A stretch of 64,000 nt of DNA. Origin: Microbacteriaceae bacterium. GTDB lineage: Bacteria > Actinomycetota > Actinomycetes > Actinomycetales > Microbacteriaceae. The notes below the pieces were generated by a model. That model was not told where the DNA came from. It saw only the letters and a program-made list of their open reading frames with translations, and made no database searches. Location of the stretch: contig JANXTR010000053.1 of the NCBI GenBank assembly GCA_025352325.1, positions 13,567 to 77,566 of the forward strand, read 5' to 3'. This document shows, piece by piece, positions 16,533-24,966 of this stretch (positions are counted from its first letter, which is position 1; the number at the start of each line of letters is the position of its first letter). Position numbers and translations under genes: made by a program.

Positions 16533-17354
16533 TCAGCTCTCCGTGGCGAAGTGGACGAGCCCATCCGGGTCGGCGAACCGTGGCGACCCCTCCACGGCAC
16601 CGAGCGGTGTGGCGTTGGCTGGCACGTGACCGTCGAACTCGACGGCAGCGAACCCTGGGGCCATGAGCTGCGGCTCGCGGCGCGTCTTCGCGGCACCCGA
16701 GAAGGTGAAGATCTCGAGCGAGGTGTCGCCGTCGCGGAGGAAGTCGATCTCGAACCCCCGGGAGTCGTTCGGCTGGTGGATGCCCGCCATGCGCAAGTAG
16801 CCGAGCTGCTCGAAGTAGCTGCGCGTGACATCGAGATCCGCGACGGTCTCGCCGATGTGATCGAATCGTGGGCGATCGGGATCTCCCAACGCCCAGTCGG
16901 CGTCGACCGCCGCCTGGTCATACGTCTCGTGGTAGCGCAAGGGCCCCTCGACCAGCTCGACGAGTGTGCCGTCCGGGTCGGAGAAGAAGGTGATCCAGAC
17001 GTCGCCCTCTGCGTGGATCGGTTCGAGATGGAAGGGGACATCGGCCGCGTGCAGCCGGACGACGCGATCCTGAAGGTCGGCGACCTTGAAGCCGACGTGG
17101 CGGAATCCGGCCTGCAGATCATCGGCGACGAAGGTCGACACCTCCCCCGCAGGCACGCGACGGAGACGCAGGGTCGCGGTGACCACATCCAGCACGGCGC
17201 TGTCGGCATCGGATTCGACCACGCGAGCATCGAGCAATTGCCGATAGAAGTCGACGGAGCGGGCCACATCGGTGACGTTGATCACCACGGAGCGAATCGG
17301 CATCGGCAGCAGCCCTTCTGGCACCGGAAGAGTCCGGGCAGGACCGTGCGTCAC
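16533..17354 (-). CDS. Two-domain VOC (glyoxalase/extradiol-dioxygenase fold) protein
   Basis: 273-aa ORF with two tandem VOC modules (IRSVVINVTDVARSVDFYRQLL...FFSDPDGTLVELV and FDHIGETVADLDVTRSYFEQLGY...FADPDGLVHF). The start is uncertain, either GTG 17354 or ATG 17303 (MPIRSVV). Confidence 0.8.
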   Translation of the reverse strand: MTHGPARTLPVPEGLLPMPIRSVVINVTDVARSVDFYRQLLDARVVESDADSAVLDVVTATLRLRRVPAGEVSTFVADDLQAGFRHVGFKVADLQDRVVRLHAADVPFHLEPIHAEGDVWITFFSDPDGTLVELVEGPLRYHETYDQAAVDADWALGDPDRPRFDHIGETVADLDVTRSYFEQLGYLRMAGIHQPNDSRGFEIDFLRDGDTSLEIFTFSGAAKTRREPQLMAPGFAAVEFDGHVPANATPLGAVEGSPRFADPDGLVHFATES

Positions 17355-17367
17355 TGCACTAACTATC

Positions 17368-18603
17368 TTACATTAAGTTTGATGGTCGGGCCACGGGTCG
17401 AGAGTGCGGAGTGAGCACGTACTGCAGGGCGAGCGATGCCGCTCCCACCGCAGCGGCGTCGAGACCCGAGTCGGCGAGACCGACCTCCAGCCGGTGGATC
17501 ATGCGGGTGCGTGCCAGCCGCGAGACCGTGTCCTCGATCGCCGCGACATACAGCGGGCCCGCTTCCTCGAAACCCGGCCCGGCCAGGTAGAGGCGGCCGA
17601 GGTCCAAGAGGTTCGTCAGGGAGAGGACCACGGTGGCGACCGCCTGCACCGAGACGTCGATGAGCGCCAGACATTCGGCATCGCCGGCCATGGCCGCCCG
17701 CGCGATGGCCTGGAAGTCCTGATTGAGGTGACCGTCATCGCCGGAGATCCCCAGGGTGGCCGCAACGGAGCTGGACCGCATGGCACGGGCGACGATCGCG
17801 CGCGGTCCGGCGATGATCTCGAGACATCCGTGCGCCCCGCACCAGCACTGCGGGCCGTGGACGTCGATGACCATGTGACCGACCTCGCCGACATTGGATG
17901 ATGCGCCGCGGATCACACTGCCGCCGTGCATGATCCCCAGGCCGAATCCGGCCGACATGTAGAGGGTCGCGAAGTCTTCGGTGGCAGACATACGGCCGGC
18001 CCAGAACTGACCGAGCGCGGCGCACGCGGCATCGTTGTCACGGACGACGGGGAGCCCGAGCCGGGCGCCGAGCGCGGCGTCGACGGGGAAGGACTCCCAC
18101 TCGGTCGAGGTCGAGCTGACTCCGGTGGCACCCGCGCCCAGATCGAGGCCCGCCCCCGCGATCCCGACCCCGACGATGTCGGCGATGGCGACCTTCTGAT
18201 CCGCGAAGAAAGCAAGGAGCTCGTCGGCCATCCGCTCGGTGACGATCGCGGGCGTGACTGCGCCGACGCCCTCGGATGAGCGGTGTCCGACAACGCTGCC
18301 GCCGAGATCGGTGATGACGTAGGTCAAGCGGGCCTCGTCGAGTGAGACGCCGACCGAGAAGAGCGCGTGCGGATTGATCTCCAGGATGCTGCGGCGCTTT
18401 CCGCCGGTCGGATCCCCGAAACCGGTCTCGACCACCAGTCTCTGTTCGATCAGGGACTTGATGATCCGCGTGATCGACGTCGCGGTCAGCCCCGACATCT
18501 CGGCGAGCTCGATGCGGCTCACCGATCCGCTCGACCTGATCATGTCGAAGACCGCACTGCGGGTGTTCTCGGATGACGGACCCAGCCTCTGTGGTGCGCT
18601 CAT
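17368..18603 (-). CDS. ROK-family transcriptional regulator
   Basis: 411-aa ORF. N-terminal wHTH (VFDMIRSSGSVSRIELAEMSGLTATSITRIIKSL) and a ROK sugar-kinase-like domain with the Zn motif GHMVIDVHGPQCWCGAHGCLE. Confidence 0.9.
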   Translation of the reverse strand: MSAPQRLGPSSENTRSAVFDMIRSSGSVSRIELAEMSGLTATSITRIIKSLIEQRLVVETGFGDPTGGKRRSILEINPHALFSVGVSLDEARLTYVITDLGGSVVGHRSSEGVGAVTPAIVTERMADELLAFFADQKVAIADIVGVGIAGAGLDLGAGATGVSSTSTEWESFPVDAALGARLGLPVVRDNDAACAALGQFWAGRMSATEDFATLYMSAGFGLGIMHGGSVIRGASSNVGEVGHMVIDVHGPQCWCGAHGCLEIIAGPRAIVARAMRSSSVAATLGISGDDGHLNQDFQAIARAAMAGDAECLALIDVSVQAVATVVLSLTNLLDLGRLYLAGPGFEEAGPLYVAAIEDTVSRLARTRMIHRLEVGLADSGLDAAAVGAASLALQYVLTPHSRPVARPSNLM

Positions 18604-18685
18604 CTTCGACCTCCCCGACGCGACATCGGACCTCGTGTGTACCGCACCATCGATGCTCCGCTCACTGACTTCTCCCGGCGGAGGA

Positions 18686-19474
18686 CTACTTGATTGCCCC
18701 TGCCGCCATCCCTCGTTCGAACTGCTTTTGGAGAGCCACGTATGCGATCACGGTGGGGATCGCGGTGACGACGGCCGCGGCGAGGATTTTCGGGGTGTCG
18801 TCATTGTACTGGCGACGGAAAAACTCGGGCAGCAACGTCACGACCCCCATGTCGTCATTGATCAGGAACACCTTCGGGAGCAGATAGGCGTTCCAGGAAT
18901 TGATCAGCACGAGGATGATCAACGCCACCGCCATCGGCCGGGCGAGCGGGATGAGGACCGACCAGAAGACGCGCCAGGTGCTGGCGCCGTCGAGCCGCGC
19001 CGCTTCGAAGAGGGCGTCGGGGATGCCGTCGATGTAGCCGCGCGTGATGAGCACCGTGAAGGGGATCTGCAGCGCCGCGATCGGCAGGATGACGGCCCAG
19101 AATGTGCCGAGCAATCCCAGTCGCACCGCGGTCGCATACAGCGGCGCGATGAGCACGACCTCGGGAAGGGTCAGTGCGGCCATCATCAGCCAGAAGAAGA
19201 TCTCCTTGCGTCGGATCCGCAGCTTCGAGAATCCGTAGGACGCCGCCATCGTCGCCAGATAGATGATCAGGATCGAGGCGCCGGCGACGATCGCGGAGTT
19301 CAGGAAGAAGCGGGCGAAGCCGGGAACCGCTAACACAGCCGCGTAGTTGGCCCACCCCGAGCCGGAGAGCGAGCGCGCCACCATCGTGACGACGGGGATG
19401 AGGAATGGGACGACCGCGATGGTCGCCACCAGCTGCAGCAGCAGACGCCCCCGAATGGTCCGTGCCTCAAACAT
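18686..19474 (-). CDS. Carbohydrate ABC transporter permease (MalG-like)
   Basis: 262-aa ORF with multiple TM spans and the EAA loop FEAARLDGASTWRVFWSVLIPLARP. Confidence 0.92.
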   Translation of the reverse strand: MFEARTIRGRLLLQLVATIAVVPFLIPVVTMVARSLSGSGWANYAAVLAVPGFARFFLNSAIVAGASILIIYLATMAASYGFSKLRIRRKEIFFWLMMAALTLPEVVLIAPLYATAVRLGLLGTFWAVILPIAALQIPFTVLITRGYIDGIPDALFEAARLDGASTWRVFWSVLIPLARPMAVALIILVLINSWNAYLLPKVFLINDDMGVVTLLPEFFRRQYNDDTPKILAAAVVTAIPTVIAYVALQKQFERGMAAGAIK

Positions 19475-20441
19475 CTGCAGGCTCCTCGAGCTTGACGGCG
19501 CGCTCTCGACCGCGACGTTGGATGGCGATCGACACCGAGATCGCGATGATCAGGAGGATCACCGAGAGAGCGGACGCGTATCCGACATTCCGCGAGGTCC
19601 CGGCCGTCTGGGCGTAAATGAGGGTGCCGAGGAACTCGCTGGAGTGCGCCGGCCCGCCCTGCGTGATCAGCCAGACATTGTCGAACAGCTTGAGCGCCGT
19701 GATGAAGTTGAGGATCGCGAGCGAGATCGTGATCGGTCGCAGATTCGGGAGAACGATCGAGAACAACATGCGGAGGTTGCTCGCGCCGTCCACGCGTGCG
19801 GCCTCGATCATCTCGGGGTCGATCTGCGACATCCCCGCGAAGTACAGGATGAATCCGAACCCCACGGATCCGAAGCATCCGACCAGGGTGACGACGATCA
19901 GCGAGGTGGTTGACTGCCCGAGCCATGCCTGGGCGACATCACCGAGTCCGAGCGTCTTCAGGATCTGATTCACCGTGCCGTCGGTCTGCCAGACCTGGAT
20001 GTGCGCCGGGGCGAGCGTCGCCGGGGCGACGACCACGGGGATGACGATGATCACCTTGTAGACGCTGGCGAAGAATATCCGCGAGTGCATCAACGCGGCG
20101 AACAGCAGGCCCCCGACGACCTGCACCGCGAAGACCACCACGAAGTAGATGAGGGTGTTGCGAAGCGCGGTCCAGAAGATCGGATCGGTGAAGGCGCGCA
20201 CGTAGTTGTCGATGCCCACCGGGAACATTGGCGAACGACCGCCCGTCCAGTCGAAGAACGACAGATAGCCGGAGTAGCCAATGCAGTAGTAGATCAGACC
20301 CACCGAGATGGTGAAGGCAGGCAGGATCCAGGCGATCCCACTCGGGATCAGGCGGGCGGCCTTGGATGTGGACCGCCCGCCGGATCCCCGAGTCGGAGCT
20401 GGAGTTGCCCGACCCCTCAGTGCGCTTGTCGTGGCCGTCAT
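19467..20441 (-). CDS. Carbohydrate ABC transporter permease (MalF-like)
   Basis: The likely start is MTATTSALRG at 20441, with GGAG upstream. The track ORF start at 20546 would overlap the SBP gene. EAA loop is IEAARVDGASNLRMLFSIVLPNLRP. Confidence 0.88.
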   Translation of the reverse strand: MTATTSALRGRATPAPTRGSGGRSTSKAARLIPSGIAWILPAFTISVGLIYYCIGYSGYLSFFDWTGGRSPMFPVGIDNYVRAFTDPIFWTALRNTLIYFVVVFAVQVVGGLLFAALMHSRIFFASVYKVIIVIPVVVAPATLAPAHIQVWQTDGTVNQILKTLGLGDVAQAWLGQSTTSLIVVTLVGCFGSVGFGFILYFAGMSQIDPEMIEAARVDGASNLRMLFSIVLPNLRPITISLAILNFITALKLFDNVWLITQGGPAHSSEFLGTLIYAQTAGTSRNVGYASALSVILLIIAISVSIAIQRRGRERAVKLEEPADV

Positions 20442-20493
20442 GAGGGGGTACTCCGTCTCGTCTCGAGTGGTGTTCGTGTCGCCGTGCTCGGTG

Positions 20494-21864
20494 CTACTTG
20501 ACCGTGCTCGCCTTCGACGAGGCCTGCTGCTGCGCGACGATGTCATCGATCGACGTGTTCACGCTCGGGTCGAGCACCTGCTGAGTCGCCACCACGATCG
20601 CGTTGAGGCTCTCCTGCGTCGTCTGATACTGCCGAGTCTGCTTGGTCGTGACACTCTCGGCGATGAGCTTCTCGATGGCGGGGCGCTGAACGGCGTCGTC
20701 GACCAGCGAGATGTTCGACCAGTCGGGCGCCGTGCCCTGGAGCGAGGGCAGCAGATCGAGCGCGTTCGCGACGTCCTGCTGGCCGGACTTCGAGGTGGTC
20801 AGCCATCCGACGAAGGTCTTCGCTGCGCCGATGTTGGACGACTCGGAGTTGATCGCCAGACCGTAGTCGACCTCGCCGAAGAGCTGGGAGCCGTTCCCCT
20901 TCTGCGCAACATCTGGGAAGGTCACGGGCAGCTGCACGAAGCAGGTCGGGTTGCTTACCCCGGCAGCTTCCATCGCGCTCTTGCACGATTCGGCGCCAGA
21001 GTACTGGGTGTACCAGAACCCCATCTGCACGAATGCGGCGTTGCCCTTCATGAACTTCTCATTGGCGAGCGGGTACTGGCCCGCGTCGAGCACGTCCGAC
21101 GAGATGATGCCGTCCTTGGCCATGTTCTTGATGATCGACAGCACCTTGACGCCTTGCGGGTCGCTCCACTTGGCCTTGCCGGTCGCCGCCTTCAGGAAGA
21201 AGGACGGATCGACGGAGTTGGCGATCGAGTGGTACATCTCGGTCGGGAAAGTGTCGGCGCCTCCGGCCCCCATCGCCAGGCAGGATTTGCCGATCGCGGC
21301 GACCTTCTTGCAGGTCGCCACCCAGGAGGTGTAGTCCGTGGGGACCTCGGCCCCGGCCTGCTTGAGGATGTTGTTGTTGGCCCAGAGGAACCCTGCAGAC
21401 ATTCCACCCATCGGCATCGAGACGAGGCGGCCCTTCGCGTCACGGAGCTGTTTGGCGTACCCCTCGCCGATCTTGGATTCCCAATCGGCGCCGAGCTGGG
21501 CTTTCGCGAGCGAGGTCAGATCCAGGGCGTAGGGCCCCCACTGCTCAGGCGTCCCTCCCGAAGGTGAGAGGTCGAACACGTCGGGACCCTTGCCCGAGTC
21601 GAGCGCTGGAATAATCGTGTTGCGGTAGTCGACGTTCTCGAAGTTTTTGTACGTGACGGTGATCTTCGGGTACTTCTTGTTGAACTCGGCGATGTACTTC
21701 TGGGCGACCGGTGTGTCGGGGGTGTAGCCCCACCAGGTCACCTTCCCGGAGTCAGCTGGCTTCGCCGAGGTATCGGAGGCGGTCGTCGCACTGCACCCCC
21801 CCAGGATGAGCGAGGCGGCAGCCGCCAGACCGATAGCAGCAGAAACGGTGCGGATCTTGTTCAT
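20494..21864 (-). CDS. ABC transporter sugar-binding lipoprotein (family-1 extracellular solute-binding protein)
   Basis: 456-aa ORF with lipoprotein signal MNKIRTVSAAIGLAAAASLILGGCS. Typical SBP composition (WWGYTPD, KYPKITV). Confidence 0.92.
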   Translation of the reverse strand: MNKIRTVSAAIGLAAAASLILGGCSATTASDTSAKPADSGKVTWWGYTPDTPVAQKYIAEFNKKYPKITVTYKNFENVDYRNTIIPALDSGKGPDVFDLSPSGGTPEQWGPYALDLTSLAKAQLGADWESKIGEGYAKQLRDAKGRLVSMPMGGMSAGFLWANNNILKQAGAEVPTDYTSWVATCKKVAAIGKSCLAMGAGGADTFPTEMYHSIANSVDPSFFLKAATGKAKWSDPQGVKVLSIIKNMAKDGIISSDVLDAGQYPLANEKFMKGNAAFVQMGFWYTQYSGAESCKSAMEAAGVSNPTCFVQLPVTFPDVAQKGNGSQLFGEVDYGLAINSESSNIGAAKTFVGWLTTSKSGQQDVANALDLLPSLQGTAPDWSNISLVDDAVQRPAIEKLIAESVTTKQTRQYQTTQESLNAIVVATQQVLDPSVNTSIDDIVAQQQASSKASTVK

Positions 21865-22131
21865 TCTCGTTGCCTTTCGAACACGTCATTGTGGGCTCTC
21901 AGGGACTGACCTGCGGTGGCGACACCGGAGGCGATGCGACGCCTCGTGTGCGACACGGGTCAGGCTGCACGGCTCACCATAGGCGAACGCGGAGGCGCGA
22001 ATCAATACTTACGACAGTTTTGTTATTAGGTTTTCCCTGTCACGCCCTGGGCTTGGGCGGGGCCGCGAGGTGGCTGGCCACACCCCGGATCGCCAGCGAC
22101 CGCGAGCCGATGCATCGCCCTCGCCTCTTAG

Positions 22132-22144
22132 TTACATATTGTAA
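22132..22144. promoter_or_regulatory. Perfect 13-bp palindrome TTACATATTGTAA in an AT-rich patch 30 nt upstream of the 22175 start codon (candidate operator or -10 region)
   Basis: Read directly from the sequence. It is the most AT-rich spot of the 310-bp divergent intergenic region between the SBP operon and the lectin/propeller gene. Confidence 0.3.
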
Positions 22145-22174
22145 GTGAGTTGATTCCGTTGCTAGCATCCGACC

Positions 22175-23572
22175 ATGACAACGGCGCTCGACCTCGGCAT
22201 CTTCATGGGCAGTACCGATATTGGGGGCCCCCGTGTGCCGGGATCAGCCAGCTACGAGCACACCGAATACCGGGTTACCGGCAGCGGGACAAACATGTGG
22301 CTCGGCTCGGACGAGTTCCAGTTCGTCTGGACCCGGGTGAGCGGCGACATCCGTCTCACCGCCGATGCCGCCTTCCTCGGCAAGGGAGCGGACGAGCACC
22401 GGAAGGCCTGCCTCGTGCTTCGCGCGAGCCTGGATGCCGATTCGCCGTACGCGGACATCGCCCTCCACGGCGATGGCTTGATCAGTCTGCAGTACCGGGT
22501 CGAAGCCGGGTCGCCGACGCAAGAGGTCCAGTCCCATCGCTCGGGTCGCTCCCGGATCGAGATCCGTCGGCAGGGAGAATACGTAACGGGATTCGTGGAC
22601 GGCGCCCCATCCGGCGGCTCCGTCCGGCTGGAGTTGCCGGAGACCTACTACGTCGGTCTTGCCGTGTGCTCCCACGATCCCGAGGTGGCCGAGACCGCCG
22701 TGTTCTCGGATGTCGCGCTCGAGCAGCTACCCACAGCCGGGACCACTCTGTACAGCACCCTCGAGACGATCGACATCGCGTCGACCGACCGCCGAACCGT
22801 CGACGTCGTCGACCGCTGGATCGAGGCGCCGAACTGGACAGCGGACGACCGCCTGATCGTCAACGGAGAGGGTGGACTCCTCTGGAGCGCGCTCTCGGGC
22901 GGTGGCCTGACGCCCATCGATACGGGCTTCGCCACCCTCTGCAACAACGACCATGGGCTCTCGCCAGACGGAACGCTGCTCGCGATCAGCGATCAGTCGC
23001 AGGGTGACGGCGAATCCCTCATCTATCTGGTGTCGACCGGCGGAGGAACACCGGTCCGAGTGACGGACCGCTCCCCGTCGTATTGGCACGGGTGGTCGCC
23101 CGACGGACTGACGCTGACCTTCTGCGGACGCCGCGATGACCTCTGGGGCATCTTTACCATTGCGGCCGCGGGCGGGGACGAACGCCGGCTGACGACGGCA
23201 AAGCGCCTCGACGATGGGCCGGAGTACTCCCCCGACGGCGAGTACATCTACTTCAACTCCGATCGCACGGGCCTCATGCAGATCTATCGGATCCCGGCCG
23301 CTGGTGGTGACGCCGAACGGGTGACGGATGATTCCACCGGCAACTGGTTCCCCCACCTGTCGCCGGACGGCCGTTCGATGGCCTACATCGCCTACGCCCC
23401 CGAGGTGCAGGGACATCCTCGAGATCAGGATGTCGAGCTGAAGCTCATGGACCTCACCACCGGGTCCGTCCGCGTGCTCGCCCGGCTTTTCGGCGGTCAG
23501 GGGACGATGAACGTCCCGTCGTGGTCCCCGGACGGGTCCCGGCTCGCCTTCGTGAGCTACGCCTACCTGTAG
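22175..23572 (+). CDS. Two-domain protein: N-terminal concanavalin/LamG-like beta-sandwich plus C-terminal TolB-like (PD40/WD40-like) beta-propeller
   Basis: 465-aa ORF. The C-terminal half has repeated PD40-type motifs (LSPDGTLLAI, WSPDGLTLTF, YSPDGEYIYFNSDR, LSPDGRSMAYI, WSPDGSRLAFVS). The N-terminal 190 aa or so has a DUF1349/LamG-like pattern. No signal peptide is evident. Confidence 0.8.
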   Translation: MTTALDLGIFMGSTDIGGPRVPGSASYEHTEYRVTGSGTNMWLGSDEFQFVWTRVSGDIRLTADAAFLGKGADEHRKACLVLRASLDADSPYADIALHGDGLISLQYRVEAGSPTQEVQSHRSGRSRIEIRRQGEYVTGFVDGAPSGGSVRLELPETYYVGLAVCSHDPEVAETAVFSDVALEQLPTAGTTLYSTLETIDIASTDRRTVDVVDRWIEAPNWTADDRLIVNGEGGLLWSALSGGGLTPIDTGFATLCNNDHGLSPDGTLLAISDQSQGDGESLIYLVSTGGGTPVRVTDRSPSYWHGWSPDGLTLTFCGRRDDLWGIFTIAAAGGDERRLTTAKRLDDGPEYSPDGEYIYFNSDRTGLMQIYRIPAAGGDAERVTDDSTGNWFPHLSPDGRSMAYIAYAPEVQGHPRDQDVELKLMDLTTGSVRVLARLFGGQGTMNVPSWSPDGSRLAFVSYAYL

Positions 23573-23631
23573 GGCAGGTCAGCGGACCCGGGACGAGCAC
23601 TCGTGCGCTCGATCGCGGCTGGAGCGTCGAC

Positions 23632-23880
23632 GTGGCGTCCCTGCGTCACGGACCGCGCAGAGAACGCTTCTCCTATGACTTCGGCACCGCGAGCTCGGTC
23701 GATGACATGTGGGGCACTCGCGCGAACGGTCTCGCGGACACCGTCAACGCGGCCCTCGATCGACTCGACGGCACGGGGATCGATCCCGAGGACCTCGCGA
23801 CCGAGGGTCGAATCGTGAGCGCACGCTTCAGCGTCAGTCCGGGGTCGGAGACGATTCCCGGCGACCTGGTGCGGCGTTAG
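23632..23880 (+). CDS. Hypothetical small protein or gene remnant (coding-like frame)
   Basis: The frame shows strong GC3 bias. A candidate GTG at 23632 is preceded by GGAG 7 nt upstream. No family recognised, and the opposite-strand ORF 23563..23892 looks non-coding. Confidence 0.3.
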   Translation: MASLRHGPRRERFSYDFGTASSVDDMWGTRANGLADTVNAALDRLDGTGIDPEDLATEGRIVSARFSVSPGSETIPGDLVRR

Positions 23881-23943
23881 GCGCGCATCCACGCGGTCAT
23901 CCTCATGGACAGCTGGGGCTGAGGGTCGCCCGCACCCCAGTCG

Positions 23944-24372
23944 TCACAGCGGCGCCGCTTCGAGCCCCACGCGGATCGCCGACTCGAGCACGTCCATGTC
24001 GACGTCCTGCAGGGTTTTGAACTTGATGCAATAGCCGCTCACCTTGGCCTTGCCGATGGTCGCCCCGTAGGTCTCCGCCAAGTACTGCTTGTCGGCGAGC
24101 CCCAGGATGTACAGCGAGATCCCGCTCGTGTTCGCGCTGATGCCGACCCGGTAGAAGTCCTTGGTCGACCCGTCCGCGGAGGTGACGGTGCGCGTTCCGT
24201 ACCCAATGTTCGGATTGGAGACCACCTTGTTGTCGCTGTTCCTGCCATCCAGGAACCACAGTTCGCATCCGGGTTGGATCTGCAGGATGCTGCGATGAAG
24301 TTTCCGCATCTCGTCGGCCTTTGCGTCGGGCTGGCTGGCGATGTAGCTGTCGATCTTGTCGTTCACGTCCAT
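23944..24372 (-). CDS. DUF1801 (YdhG-like) domain protein
   Basis: 142-aa ORF MDVNDKIDSYIASQPDAKADEMRKLHRSIL...GYG...GISANTSGISLYI...GKAKVSGYCIKFKTLQDVDMDVLESAI, the typical DUF1801 layout. Slightly lower GC3 than its neighbours. Confidence 0.8.
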   Translation of the reverse strand: MDVNDKIDSYIASQPDAKADEMRKLHRSILQIQPGCELWFLDGRNSDNKVVSNPNIGYGTRTVTSADGSTKDFYRVGISANTSGISLYILGLADKQYLAETYGATIGKAKVSGYCIKFKTLQDVDMDVLESAIRVGLEAAPL

Positions 24373-24493
24373 GCTCTTCGTTATACCGGATCGCGACTCG
24401 ACCGCCGACGTGGGCGGTGGCCGCGACGACGGTTGGTACGGTGTGGGCCATCGACGGGCTGCTCGCGCCCGTCACGGCCGAAACGAGGTAGCG

Positions 24494-24880
24494 GTGGCGC
24501 AGGCAGCAGCAGGTTTCTACGACGATGGGTCCGGACGACAGCGGTGGTGGGACGGCCAGCAGTGGACGGACAGGTGGCAGGATCCCACGCCGGTGGACAG
24601 CCCGGCCGCCCTGGTCGAGCACATCAAGTCGGAGGCCGCCGCGGGAGGCCAGCCGCGGCCCGCCGCGAACGGGATGAGCTATGTCGTTCTGCAGGTCGTG
24701 CTGAAGGAGAAGCTGTGGGGGACGGGATCCGGCAACCTCACCGAGCTGGAGAACGCCATCAACGCGCAGGCCGCGATGGGCTATCGGCTCCACACCATCA
24801 CGACGGCCGCGTCGGGTAGCAAGGGGCTGGGAGGCGGAGATCGCATCCAAGCGACCCTGGTCTTCGAATCACTGGTCTGA
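24494..24880 (+). CDS. DUF2510 plus DUF4177 domain protein
   Basis: The likely GTG start at 24494 has a GAGGT SD-like element upstream. GFYDDGSGRQRWWDGQQWT is the DUF2510 signature. The C-terminal YVVLQVVLKEKLWGTGSGNLTELENAINAQAAMGYRLHTI fits DUF4177. The N-terminal part of the 174-aa track ORF overlaps the divergent DUF1801 start and looks non-coding. Confidence 0.65.
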   Translation: MAQAAAGFYDDGSGRQRWWDGQQWTDRWQDPTPVDSPAALVEHIKSEAAAGGQPRPAANGMSYVVLQVVLKEKLWGTGSGNLTELENAINAQAAMGYRLHTITTAASGSKGLGGGDRIQATLVFESLV

Positions 24881-24966
24881 CGCTCGTGATGGGCCCATCG
24901 TCGGTGGGACGGCGACACCTCGGTCGCTGCACGGGCGATGTGGGTCGTCGTCTTTACGATTTCCGC

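Noticed and set aside
17358-17385. AT-rich CTTACATTAAGTTTGAT at the ROK gene end, resembling CTTACGACAGTTTTGTT in the 22.0-kb promoter, as a possible ROK operator
   Set aside because: Most of it is the ROK C-terminal coding sequence (…SNLM-stop), and only 13 nt separate it from the next start candidate. The similarity is short and could be chance.
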